A DNA stretch of 62,635 bases, the filler included, from Choristocarpus tenellus KU-1152 (taxonomy: Eukaryota; Protista; Phaeophyceae): NCBI GenBank assembly GCA_964200185.2. It is 6 parts of 6 records of this genome, joined end to end, with 100 filler letters (N's around TTAATTAATTAA, not from the genome) between each part and the next. Parts side by side here need not be neighbours in the genome. Positions count along the whole stretch, not along the records: positions 42,579 to 54,831 come from CAXNAD020001910.1; positions 54,932 to 59,245 come from CAXNAD020015153.1; positions 59,346 to 62,635 come from CAXNAD020021000.1; 3 more parts are not named here. One strand, 5' to 3'. The translations under genes and the position numbers were made by a program. The notes under the pieces were generated by a model. The model had not been told where the DNA came from, searched no databases, and saw nothing but the letters and a program-made list of their open reading frames with translations. This document shows, piece by piece, positions 50,901-61,899 of this stretch (positions are counted from its first letter, which is position 1; each line of letters opens with the position of its first letter).

Positions 50901-53900
50901 CACATGATTGCTCTATGGAATTACAAAAGGTAACATAGAATACTGTAGGTTGTTGACCACGCTGTTCCTGGGATCATGTTTTTTTTTGTTTCTCTGAGGT
51001 TGTCGCAATCCCTAACGTCTGGTTAATGCAGGTGAGAGGCACTTCCAGCCCTTACCGCCGATCCCACTCATCCGTTACTCGGCCTCCATAGTTCGCTTCG
51101 GCGATGAGGTAGCGCATAGCATCGAATGGGGTCTTGTCTGGATACTGCCCAGAAATCAGTTTGGGAGTGGACATGGAAGAATTTAAATGGTCAGTATATG
51201 CTGAGGTTGTAAAAAGCGCTGTGGTCACTATTTTCGGTACCGGAGGACGAAAAATTTGTTCTGCAGCCTGGTAGGGTCCTTCCTCTCCCTAGCGTACAAA
51301 CCAGACACACACATATATCCTGCTATTTGCTCCAAATTGAAGGGTGTCATATCAAGGTCGTTTCAAGTGGGAGGGAAGTGCCTTGGTGTTCAACGCAGAG
51401 ATATTTTCAAAGTGCAATGAGTCTACTTTTCTGAGCTGTACTCTCATCTCAAACAGCATTCTGCTATACCTCACAGTCATGTTTCTGGAACACAAGACAA
51501 ATCTTGGAGTACTTCCTAAAGCCAGGTTCAAACGATAATAGTAGGGTTATCTCCAATTTAAGATAGTAGCGACATCGTGATGCGATTAAGGCCTGACATC
51601 TGGAACCACAAAGAGATTTCTAGTTCCGGCCCTCAGAAACGTATTTTTGAACTTGATACCCACTAGCAAGAAATATCTCCCAGTTCATGGAAACAGGCTT
51701 TGTATCAACGTGGAAAGCATGAACAGAACGAAACAGTAGCTTTAATCTGCTTGGGGAATAGGAGGATGATAGCATTATTGTTGGGGGGTAACATGGATGG
51801 GTGCAAAAAGAAGTCACTTGGGTAATTCCCTTAGCAAAAGAAAAAACCTCTTTTTGACCCATTCCATCGACCTATCATGAGGCGACCCAAAGTATCTGGG
51901 GGGGGGGATCTACACCAGGGTGTCCATTTGATCCATAACCAGGAAAAGTGCACTTACATTATCCACCTGATGTATGCAGCCAATCACCCAAAAATCGGGG
52001 CATGGAAAAAATGGACCTCAAATGGACATCCGCCACCCTCCCCCCCAGATACTTTTAGCCGGGTAAAACCGATTATAGTCATTTTAAACCTGCAAATTAG
52101 GTGTGTTCTGTATACTCTAGATTCTATTTTTTAATTTTTTAATTCTCCCAAATCTGATTCTGGCATTGCGTTTTTTTTTATTTTCTCAGGAGTAGGTATC
52201 AATAAGAATTTCTCCTCTGCTCAGGAACTACTTACTTCGTTTAAGGGAAGAAGCGAAACGAAAAATTTCCTCAATATGTTCATTTGTGATTTTTTTTTTC
52301 TGGTCGAAACCCTGTCGTCACCTACCTACCTACCTCATCAAGGAAGACAATGACGAGATCGTGACAGATGCTGAAGTCGCTCTCGTTGAACTCGTACGGA
52401 ACGTTGAAGCCCAATGACTTGAACTTTCGCCGTTCAAGCAAGATTGCATGGAACCATGCCAGACCGAACAGCAGCTTTCGGTACTTGAACACCTGCCCAC
52501 AGCGGGAGAATATTTCCTGGAAGTGGAGGACAGCATATGTCGAGAATGTATGTAGCGGAATGATGGGGTAGGTTGACAAAGAGCTAGAGGCAAGAAGACC
52601 AACCCGTTGGTATATATTTCGACTTCCAAGGTAAGTCAAATCACAATGTTGGGCGTTCTCTAACCGGGGTGATGGTGTTGTAGAGGGTGGCCAGGTTGGC
52701 CCTCAGGCCAGATGGAGGCTCTGTGGTGATCTTGATTCCCCGTTGAAGAATAGATATAGGGAACTTAGGGTTTGGACCTGATGAAAGCCACAGTCGGAAC
52801 TGCCCATGTGGTTGGCCCATGCATAAGTCCTCAACGATCTGTTGAAGTCAAGGAGAAATGATGTATTTTGCACGGCCGCGAAACGAAGATTTATAAGGTC
52901 AGAGACTTTTAATATCTAAATTTTCGTACCATCACACAACTTTCCTACATCTTATGTCTCAGGTCTGAACATACTGCGGTAGAATACTCATGTGTTTGTG
53001 GAAGGCATGTGGACTTTGAGTGTATGTGTAGGCAAGACATCAACCACACTCCCACCCACATGCCTTTTCAAGCTCCGGCATCCATGAGAGCATTAGGTGA
53101 CAGTTTGCTAGAAAGACCCACGTGCCATCACGAGAGCCCTCTTCGATCATACGGATTGCTGTAGGTGCCTGCCCCTGCCCCAGAGCCACATTGTCCATCT
53201 TCACTTCCATGGTTGCCGCAAGGGTTTGGACCTGCTCGTTGGAAAGGACGTTGCATACGCATACATTTATTGCATTCAGCAGTACTGATTATTCTAGATC
53301 CCTCCAGACCAAAATGTATTTCGAAACACAAAGTATCAACTACTGGATTAGAACATAAATGGGATTGTTTGGGTCTCCTTGCAGTGTCAAGTTTCTTCAG
53401 CATATTCTGTATGTTGTGTGTAATGGGATACGTCTGTAGCATGAGTCTCAGTTTATCTTCCACTTCTAAGGACACACTACAGTGCCCATTGAAGGGTTGG
53501 CAAACTATTTAGGTCTACACAAAGCAGCAGAGATTTTTTCATCATGGTTGACCTTTGTGGGCTTATCGGTATTTAGGAATTATAACCAGAAAAGCTTGAA
53601 AAAATCCCCATTGAGATATAAATCTAAGGGCATTCTAGGCTCAACGTCACCTGAGCTGTAGGATCCACACCAGGAGAAAGGATGAAAATCAATGGTGTCC
53701 TTGCCGTTGAACCCACAAAAACGTTCTGTGGTGCATAAGAGGGATTATATCATAAAGGTTGATATTTAGCTGTGCCATGCACCTGAGGAAAAATAGTATG
53801 CTTCTAATTGTCTACTGAGGGTTCACCTTCACCCACATCCACCATGTAACTCAAGGTAAAGGTTACCTTGAGGTCAAAGTTGGGCGGGTCAGCAAACTGG

Positions 53901-54568
53901 GGTCCCAGGTTGTTGGAGACGAAAGTTGAGGCTGAGAAGAGGATACGGTCAGGGCGCATTGACCTAAGCATGCAAAGGTGCTGCAAGTCAGAGCATTTGT
54001 TCTCCCAGTCTCCCGGCAATGACTCCTCTTCAGGTTTGGCGGATAAGAACCAAACCTTCCAGTCGCGTGGGTTCTGCATGCATACCGCAACATATTCCAT
54101 TGATGTGGGTGCATATTTTCAGGGAAGGAATAGAAAATACAGAAGCTAAAATTGTTATAGACACTGGTCATGAGAGGGTACCATCCTTATTTTGATTCTT
54201 TCAGTGCACACATCAGTGGCTCGTGATTGTGAAGACTGGAAAGGTTCCCTCATTTCGAGGAATTTTCCCTGCATCTCAATAGTAACTTGCTCACGTTTTT
54301 TAATGTCCCAGTTTTCTTCGACAGAAATTTGCAATTCTCTTTACCTCTAATCCTATTCTATGTCCCTATTCATAGTTGCTCTGATTTTGAATTGATTTAA
54401 ACCGCTACCCCTTTTGAGATCCACCCAATCTATTCTTCTCAAGATAGAAATACCTGTTCAAAAGATGCTGCCAGGCCCGAAAAAGCACTGAGCTTGTCAA
54501 GCTCTGTGATGTTGTCCCATGTGACCTCGTCTACCCAATCCTTTACTGGGTTGATTCGTTGATCGGAT
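44918..54568 (-). CDS. Axonemal dynein heavy chain, partial (AAA6 and C-terminal domain; DNAH2/I1-beta-like C-terminus)
   Basis: Exons 54568-54454, 54073-53867, 53725-53651, 53231-53064, 52838-52665, 52516-52334, 51144-51056, 50576-50456, 50280-50170, 49768-49658, 48478-48284, 46814-46664, 46046-45938, 45506-45377, 45103-44918 (stop). Motifs PLIFILSPGVDP, ALGQGQAP, WVFLANCHL, FRLWLSS, TEPPSGLRANL, ERRKFKSLGFNVPYEFNESD, NYGGRVTD, GLFLEGARW, CPTYMYPLRTGSRERPSF...WTKRGVALLLS. Confidence 0.95.
46911..47300 (-). mobile_element. Possible heavily decayed Ty1/Copia pre-integrase/integrase fragment in a dynein intron
   Basis: VHLHFIHPSEHAIK...CLNC...ESLFLCFDVYP loosely follows the WHxRLGH..CxxC..PLELIHSDV pattern. 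Weak. Confidence 0.25.
51884..52060 (+). mobile_element. MITE family B in a dynein intron
   Basis: GACCCAAAGTATCTGGGG...CCCCAGATACTTTTAGCC. Confidence 0.85.
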
Positions 54569-54731
54569 CTGCAAAGAGCATGTAGGGGTTCAGTAGAATA
54601 TGATACGAGACCTTTGAGCTCTATGTTGTTGGGCTACATTAACATCTCTGTGCCACAGCCTGTGGCAATATGTTTTTTCCCCATAATAGGTTTGTATCTA
54701 TTTCTCCAATCTTGTGCATTCCTTCTTAGCA

Positions 54732-54831
54732 GGCTCAAAGTATCTCGGGGGGAAGGGGGGGGGGGGGGGGGGGGCACATCAGTGTGTTCATTCAGGCCTT
54801 GACCAGGAGAAGTGCCCATACATTATCCATC
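54732..54831 (+). mobile_element. MITE family B, truncated by contig end
   Basis: GGCTCAAAGTATCTCGGGG, long G-run, then family body up to CATTATCCATC. Confidence 0.8.
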
Positions 54832-54931
54832 NNNNNNNNNNNNNNNNNNNNNNNNNNNNNNNNNNNNNNNNNNNNTTAATTAATTAANNNNNNNNNNNNN
54901 NNNNNNNNNNNNNNNNNNNNNNNNNNNNNNN
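54832..54931. other. Artificial contig linker
   Basis: Same 100-bp structure. Confidence 0.98.
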
Positions 54932-55396
54932 CCCCCTCTCTCCCCTCTAACCCATGTACCCGAATAAACCCTTCTATGTGACTCATGCGTGGTACTATTT
55001 ATTGAGAGTGTCATTTCTCAGTAGCTGCTATGGTACCATCATTTCTACCGGTCATGAATATCGAATAACTCCTAACCCATTTGACTGTTTATTCCAGAAA
55101 CCTGCCCTTTGTGCATGATGGGACATGCACAGAATTCTGGTCCTGTGTGCATAAATCCAATGCTTTAAGCACTATGGATGCATACTAAGTGGCACCGTGA
55201 ATTTTCTGTACTCCAAAATACATTACGCAATGCCGTATGCCACATATACTTGCTGCACTACTTGTTACGTCAGGGTGCTCAAAGTCGTATAAATTGAACC
55301 AAAAAATTGCAAATCCTCAGAGACCAGAATGGCTCCATCAGATAAGCTTCAATACAACATATATTTACCTCCACGACCTAGTACATGTGTGATCTA

Positions 55397-55656
55397 GAGT
55401 GGAATTATCTTAGAAGGTACGAGTTTTGCCCTGTTTGTCCATTTGGGGCTTGGCTTACCATGGGTTTTTTATAATGGCATTTTCCTATTCCAAAATATTT
55501 CGGAGTAAGTAAAATGTATACGTTATGAAAAGGTGTGTGCGGAACAAGGATATTGACACTTCCTAACAAATACAATAGCCAAAATTACATCAAAATTGCA
55601 GCATTGGATTTTGGCCCCAAATGGATGCGGTTCTACCCTCTAAGATACTTTGACTC
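55397..55656 (-). mobile_element. MITE family A
   Basis: Both TIRs; TSD cta/cta. Confidence 0.9.
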
Positions 55657-55774
55657 CTATATCTACCCCATACTTTCTTATGAGGGCTGGGCAATGCAGT
55701 TTCATTCTAATACGACAATCTCCACAAGCACCAAATCTCTCCTACCTTGGCTCCGTTTCACAAGGCCTCTGAAA

Positions 55775-55946
55775 GACCTAAAGTATCTGGGGGGGGGGGG
55801 TCTACAGGGTGTCCATTTGGACCAAAAGAAGGAAAAGTGCACTTACATTATCCATCCGACATATGCAACCAAATCACCCAAAAACTACAACATGAAGAAA
55901 TTGACCCCAAATGGACAGCTACCACCCCCCCCAGACACTTTGAGTC
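55775..55946 (+). mobile_element. MITE family B
   Basis: Both TIRs; TSD aaa/aaa. Confidence 0.85.
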
Positions 55947-55992
55947 AAATGAGAAAAAAACGTCTCTGATCCAAGTTTTAGAGCAGACTCAC

Positions 55993-56141
55993 CTGAGAAT
56001 CTCTGACAGGACGGCAGCACTGGTTCGGAACCGGGGGTCAGACACAAGGTTCACCACACTTTCCCTTACTTCTCTTGAAGTAATGTTGCCAGCAGAGAGG
56101 CTAAGCCCTGCCCCTGCATCCACCACACGCCTTGTCACATC
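55993..56141 (-). CDS. Internal exon of a UDP-glycosyltransferase (GT1/UDPGT-like) gene
   Basis: AG/GT-bounded exon encoding DVTRRVVDAGAGLSLSAGNITSREVRESVVNLVSDPRFRTSAAVLSEILR. This resembles the segment following the UGT signature (DQxxNAxxV..G.G..L....T...I...L.DP.YR..A). Confidence 0.6.
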
Positions 56142-57175
56142 CTGAAACACAAAATAACCATATCGCATTTGCATGCACATGAATAAACAGGGGGTCAGGT
56201 GGAGTGAGAAACATTCAGGGGAATAGACCCTGATTTTGAGCAGTTGAGCAAGAGATCGTGGAGACACCACAACTATCCTTGAATGTGAACTGCATGTCAA
56301 GCATCAAATCATTTCCAAGGAGGTCGTCTCCCAGGTTTATAACCTCTGTGACCAATTACAAGATGTTATCATGGGAAACGTATTTGACACCTCTCAGTCC
56401 ATACCTTTAGAAAATAGCCCTCGCCTATTTTTTTTCAAGTGAACAGACAATTCTGCTTTCTCTGGAGCAGTACAGTCCTACAAAGAGCAACATACATTAA
56501 GAAAGTGGTAGCTACCACTACACGTGGAGGAGTGAATATCTGTAACAATCATTAACCCCCCCCCTTCTTTTTCTTCATACTAAAAATATCTCCATGAAAA
56601 AAAACAAGGTGTCGAAGAGGTTTGAACTCACAAATTGTCTGCCAGTATTAGCGAAATGGTTCCATCTCGTCATCACATATTTGTTTTTTTTAAGATAAAG
56701 TTTAAAAAGTAATCTGAGTTTTGTGGGTGGAAGAATTCTGGTTGGTTGGGGGCACAGGACAAGGAAGGGTAGAGAAAAAGAATAAGAAGTAAGCAAGAAG
56801 AGAACGAATAGTTAAGGATTGACTGGCTAAGAGAGGGGGGAGAAAGGTTAAAGAAACAAGTGGTAGAAGGAAGGAGGGGGGAAGGAATGGTCAGTACTTC
56901 AAAAGATTGATGGAAAGTAGGGGTACAAGACAAGGAGGGCGAGAACATGACAACCTCCGAGCAAGTTTTCCCGTCCACCCACCCTGTCGCTTGCTCACGA
57001 CCAATGGGGATGCGAGGGAAAAGGGAGGGGAGGTCAAGTTCAGGCGGGGTAGATGTCTTCTAGGTCAAAGGCACAGTATGAAGTGGATGATGAAGGGGTG
57101 TTCTTGGATTATTGTGGAGTGGTGTTGAGTGGTGTGGGGTGAGTGGAGTGGTAATTGCTGTGGGGCTGAAGGGTG

Positions 57176-57395
57176 GGGGGGGTGACTGGAAAACAGGGGC
57201 GAAGGGGTCGCACTGGTTGGTCATCAGATGTGGGGGGGTGAGACTGGAAATCAGTGACCAAGGGGTCGCACTGGTTGGTCATCAAATGTGGGGGGTGACT
57301 GGAAATCGGTAACGAAGGGGGCTCGCACTGGTTAGCCATTAGAGGTTGGGGGTAACTAGGAAACACCAGTGGCAAAGAGGTCGGACTGGGCTGGT
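57176..57395. repeat. Degenerate ~55-60 bp tandem repeat (~4 units)
   Basis: Recurring GGGGGTGACTGGAAA...AAGGGGTCGCACTGGTTGGTCATCA(G/A)ATGT. Confidence 0.8.
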
Positions 57396-57464
57396 AATAA
57401 GTAGAGGGGTAAATGGGGAAGGAAAGGGGAATGAGCGAATTGCAAACAAGGAAAAAAATAAATA

Positions 57465-57497
<33 letters not shown>

Positions 57498-59147
57498 CCA
57501 GAATTCATGAGCAAAACAAAGGAGTAACACTGACCTACACCGTGCAATACATTGTGTGCAAACAAACATGAACATCAGCTAGCAATCAGACGGATCTCGC
57601 CATCCTCCAGAGTACAAGTACAAAGCACGCACACGGAAAAATCGAACGGCGATTCAGTCCTTCTCAAAAAAGCTGTTCCTCGACAGATTTCAAATGCTTC
57701 ACTCTGCAAAGATATTAGTAGCTATTGCTACATATCAAACCGTGGATATCTTCAACTATCGTCAGGCTCCACCCCCCTACCTAATCCACCTGTACTCCAA
57801 TCATTCCTTGCTTAACATCAAATCCGCAACGGATGACTCAGAATGTGATTTGTTTCAGTACTGTCTGGAGGGGCCCTGGCCTGTGATGCCTCTGTTGAAA
57901 TTTTGAATTCCGTGTTGACCACTTCCGTGGTCAAACTTACACACAGACCCCACAACTACGCACTCGCGTTTTTTCGCTCAATCATCGAACTTCACTAGCA
58001 GTAACACGACCTCTGGCACACCCCACCCCTTCAAACCCAGGCACAACCCCCCCATTGTGCAGTTCCTCCTGTTGCTTCTCAACAAACGTGACAATTTAGT
58101 GTCAGATGTTCTCCATCTCTCTTGCCCCTAACGAAGTGCACAACTCCCACTATTTCTTTCCTCCAGGGGCTGCTGGAGCACCATGGGCAATAGCTAGCGG
58201 AGGTTCCCCTCCTCTATCTCCCCCAGCACAGCCAACACCTGTTACGCACTACTACATCATTGCAACCTGTACAACCCGATCCCGGCCATCGAAAGCCAGC
58301 AGTACCCCAATTATGGCCGTTGCAACTGATACACGGGGGTCATCGACAGGACCATCGGTCCACAGCATCGTGGCAACAGGTTCGTCTGCTCGAGCGCGCA
58401 TGATCCTCGAGGTGCGTGCGACCTCTGTTAACAAAACACAAAGAGATGAATCCCAACATGAGGCGCCGGAACTAAGGACACAGGGAAGTGAAAAGTCGTG
58501 GCAAAAGGAATCAAGAAAAAAACAAAAGAAAAAAAGACCACCTCTCCCACAAATTAATCCAAGGCACAGGTGTGTGCATGAACATAGCAACACAAACCGG
58601 AGCGCAGGATACACTCCCCCACCTCACCGCCTTCCTCTTGCAGTTCAAAACCTCCAAAAGTCCATCGCCCGACGGAACACCCACTAAGGGGGGGGGAACC
58701 CCTCATCTCCACGCGCCCAAATAGACCTCGACAACAACCTCTCCCCTTGTCCAATTTGGAGTTGCAGGAAAAGTAGGTCACAAGAGTGGTTTCCTCCATA
58801 CAGTAGCTGCCTACAAACCCCCTTCCTGCCACATGAAATTGCCCTGGGACACCCCCCATCGCAACGAGAACATTGGGTTCGAATGGAGGGGCAAACAGTG
58901 ACAAGACTGCCAACAAAACGTTGCCCGATGAGGGCAAAAGGTGCAGCCCAAGTCAAACGAATCTCCGATACGCACTCTGCCTACCCCCGGGCGTGTGGCA
59001 TCACATGCAGAGAGAGGCAAGCACGATACCTTTCCAACAATCCGTTTACCTCTGGGTGGATGAAGTTCAACGGATCGCACGGCTGGCTTTCGCTCGCCGC
59101 TCGCCGTCGTGCGACTGGGGGCGGCAAATCGAAAATAAGCACGCTCT

Positions 59148-59245
59148 CCCCTATTCAAGAAGTATTCCCCTATTCAAGAAGTATTCCCCTATTCAAGAAG
59201 TATTCCCCTATTCAAGAAGTATTCCCCTATTCAAGAAGTATTCCC
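59148..59245. repeat. 19-bp minisatellite (CCCCTATTCAAGAAGTATT)x5+, truncated by gap
   Basis: Five perfect tandem units directly before the N-linker. Confidence 0.95.
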
Positions 59246-59345
59246 NNNNNNNNNNNNNNNNNNNNNNNNNNNNNNNNNNNNNNNNNNNNTTAATTAATTA
59301 ANNNNNNNNNNNNNNNNNNNNNNNNNNNNNNNNNNNNNNNNNNNN
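59246..59345. other. Artificial contig linker
   Basis: Same 100-bp structure. Confidence 0.98.
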
Positions 59346-60629
59346 CTTTCCAACCATTCATTCATCACCCTCTGCAACTACCCGAGTTACAGTTTATTCT
59401 GCAACTTTTAGATGAATCGGAGTTCCCCTTTTGGGGTTCCCCACGCGTGTATGCTGCTCGCGCTAGTCAAAGCACGGGAAGAAATACTCGCGTTATTCGC
59501 CTGTAACACCTCTTGTGCTGCAGCTTTGTCGATCCAGCCTTTTCCTGTCCCCGGAACATTCGCACCTTCTTTCCGCCGCAGAACCGAGGATGAAGCTCAC
59601 CTGGTCCTTCTTGTGAGAAAAGGAAAGGCTAGGGGTGATGCGCCACTGAATCCTCGTTGCTCCCATGGCATGGAGTCAGCACTGAAGGTTTGAGCTACTG
59701 ACTGTGAGGCCTGGGTCAGCGAGCTTGGTGGAAAGTTGGACAAGAGTCAGTATGCAATTATGGACGTTGATTTCCCACATCCTCGTTTGTTTTGTTGGCA
59801 AAAAGTCCAATGACCGGCCAAATCATGTTTGTGACTTCAGAGAGACGGCATTATCACTGTCTAGCTGTTCTTTCACACCCACCCACAACAGTCTAGGGTA
59901 TCTCTCTCCCAATCCAAACTCTCTGGCCAATTTAGGTCCCACGACAGCCAGTGCGTAACGCAGAGCAAGTGCAGTCCAAACTTTCTCAGTCAGTTCTTTA
60001 CATGAGCTGGTGGGCTTCGTGCCGGGGACGATGAGCTCTGGGGGTTCACCATGAGGGTTGTGCGTGTGCTGTGTGCTAGTAGACAGGCTCTGTGTTATTT
60101 ACTGTCGATACTGAGGGCTGCGCTTTTCCAGGATCATTAAAAAATGAGCTTATTATTTCCCTTTCTGTGTTCCATTCTTTCGGAACCATTTCAGAATGGA
60201 ATTCTTTACGTAATTCTTCGCTTGTTGGTATTCATATAGAATATTTCAAGGAAACCAACGCAAAAATCCATTTTGTAATCGGAGGTTATCTCGAAGAGAT
60301 ACAACTTAACGGCACGGACTTATGAGAGAGAAGGGACCATTATTAACCTGGAGTGTCCACACTAACGTGGGATTTCCTCTGTACACAAGAGTATTTGCAT
60401 ACGACAGTTTAGAGTATTTGTATACAACAGAGTAGAGTATTTGCCTACCATATACGGAAGCAAAAAAAAAAACTTCAGTACCTCGTTGGTTAGAGGGTAC
60501 GACTGGAACTATGTATGCTTCCATGTATTTTAAAACAGTAATGTGTGGACAACTACAATACTGGACTTCGTGTGGAGCAATTTCTAGAATAGGTAGACAA
60601 ATTGTCCCACTCATAATAGTGCGCAGAAT

Positions 60630-60696
60630 GCTTCAGTAGCTCAGTTGGTTTGAGCGCACAACTGAAGTTCGTAAGGCCATGCGTTCGACTCACATT
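60630..60696 (+). pseudogene. tRNA-Phe pseudogene
   Basis: Degenerate copy of 60997-61070 with mismatched anticodon and T stems and no 3' acceptor strand. Confidence 0.8.
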
Positions 60697-60996
60697 TATT
60701 TCAACAAATATTTTAAACCTTGCTACAAATGTAACGAATATAGTTACGTAGAGTGCGAGAGGGCTCGAGGGTTCGAGGGTTCAAGGGTTCGAACCTGATC
60801 GATGTCGGAGTATCTTGTTCCTTTATACGCTCATACCCACATGAAGGTCATGATACTATATTACAATAAATAATTTGTATTGTTCGATGTATTAGATTAC
60901 TCTGTGAACATTCACATGGTATTCCATCTGTATACTACAGTGATTGCGTATGACAGAGTATTGTAATTGTCCACAAACTTTGTAGTCACATGCAAT

Positions 60997-61070
60997 GCTT
61001 CGGTAGCTCAGTTGGTTAGAGCGTACGACTGAAGCTCGTAAGGCCATGTGTTCGATTCACATTCGAAGCA
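60997..61070 (+). tRNA. tRNA-Phe (GAA)
   Basis: Full cloverleaf: acceptor GCTTCGG/TCGAAGC, D-arm GCTC/GAGC, anticodon stem TACGA/TCGTA with loop CTGAAGC, T-arm ATGTG-TTCGATT-CACAT, discriminator A. Followed by a T6 Pol III terminator. Confidence 0.9.
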
Positions 61071-61072
61071 AG

Positions 61073-61078
61073 TTTTTT
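61073..61078 (+). terminator. RNA polymerase III oligo-T terminator
   Basis: TTTTTT two nt after the tRNA-Phe discriminator. Confidence 0.6.
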
Positions 61079-61899
61079 GGTGCTCGATGTACCTGGATAC
61101 GGTTCTTTGTTGAAACGTGCGGGTTCCAACCTGATCGAGGTCAGACTATCTTGCTTCTTGATCCCCACATGAAGATAGCGATAGGGTTAATATATAAGAG
61201 GACCCATTTTTGCGCACACACCAGTATATTACATTCACATTTCTTTGTCATTAGTGAAGTTTACATCAACATCAATTATGGAGATGTCGTGAGAGTGCCC
61301 AGACCACTTGCCATTGACAGTCAACAATGATGTCATATTATCGATTGGATCCAAGACTCAACTTAGGTTCATCCGAAAGTTTGATGGTTGTGCGCCCTTT
61401 GGGTTTTGCTGAAGCAACACTCCTTTGATACAAGTGGTGGTTATGAACACCCCTCACGAGTGATTGAGCCCCGCCTCACAACAGTGGTACTCATGCCGAT
61501 ATTCTGAAGGGGAATTCATCAAGAGGGAAGTCCTTATCATAGCTGCATCAAACAAAGATGCAGCCAAAGACAAAAACCTGTGTGAGGATGCAAACGAAAC
61601 GCTTAACCTTTTCAAGAAAATAACATCTCACCTACACCAAACACAATTGGTACATCTGCACTCCTCACGACTGATTTAGTCAATACAAATCTGTGATGAG
61701 CTTGTCTACAATCTAAGGCCACTATTAATATTAGAGTTACTGTCACATGATTGAATAGCTACTACTCTAAACACTATCTGCAGCGCCTGGGGTGTTGTGT
61801 ACTTGTATCGCAACATATATCCCCAGAGAGATACTTTCTTAAGGAACTCTGATTTCAATCGACCATGTGGCAAGCATAACTATAAGGTACGCCTCCTGA

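Noticed and set aside
55535-55969. Recurrent short ORFs with LQGVHL/YPLRYF/KKLTPNGQ peptides as a small-protein family
   Set aside because: They are chance translations of MITE A/B copies with inconsistent starts and stops.
57176-57395. Repeat-spacer-like pattern as CRISPR
   Set aside because: Whole units are degenerate copies of each other, with no unique spacers; eukaryotic context.
58106-58687. 193-aa plus-strand ORF as a gene
   Set aside because: Low-complexity, no domain, and it overlaps better-bounded candidate exons on the opposite strand.
59148-59245. 19-bp repeat as a CRISPR array or telomere
   Set aside because: Units abut with no spacers and there are no cas genes. The C-rich strand runs toward the contig's 3' end, opposite to telomere polarity.
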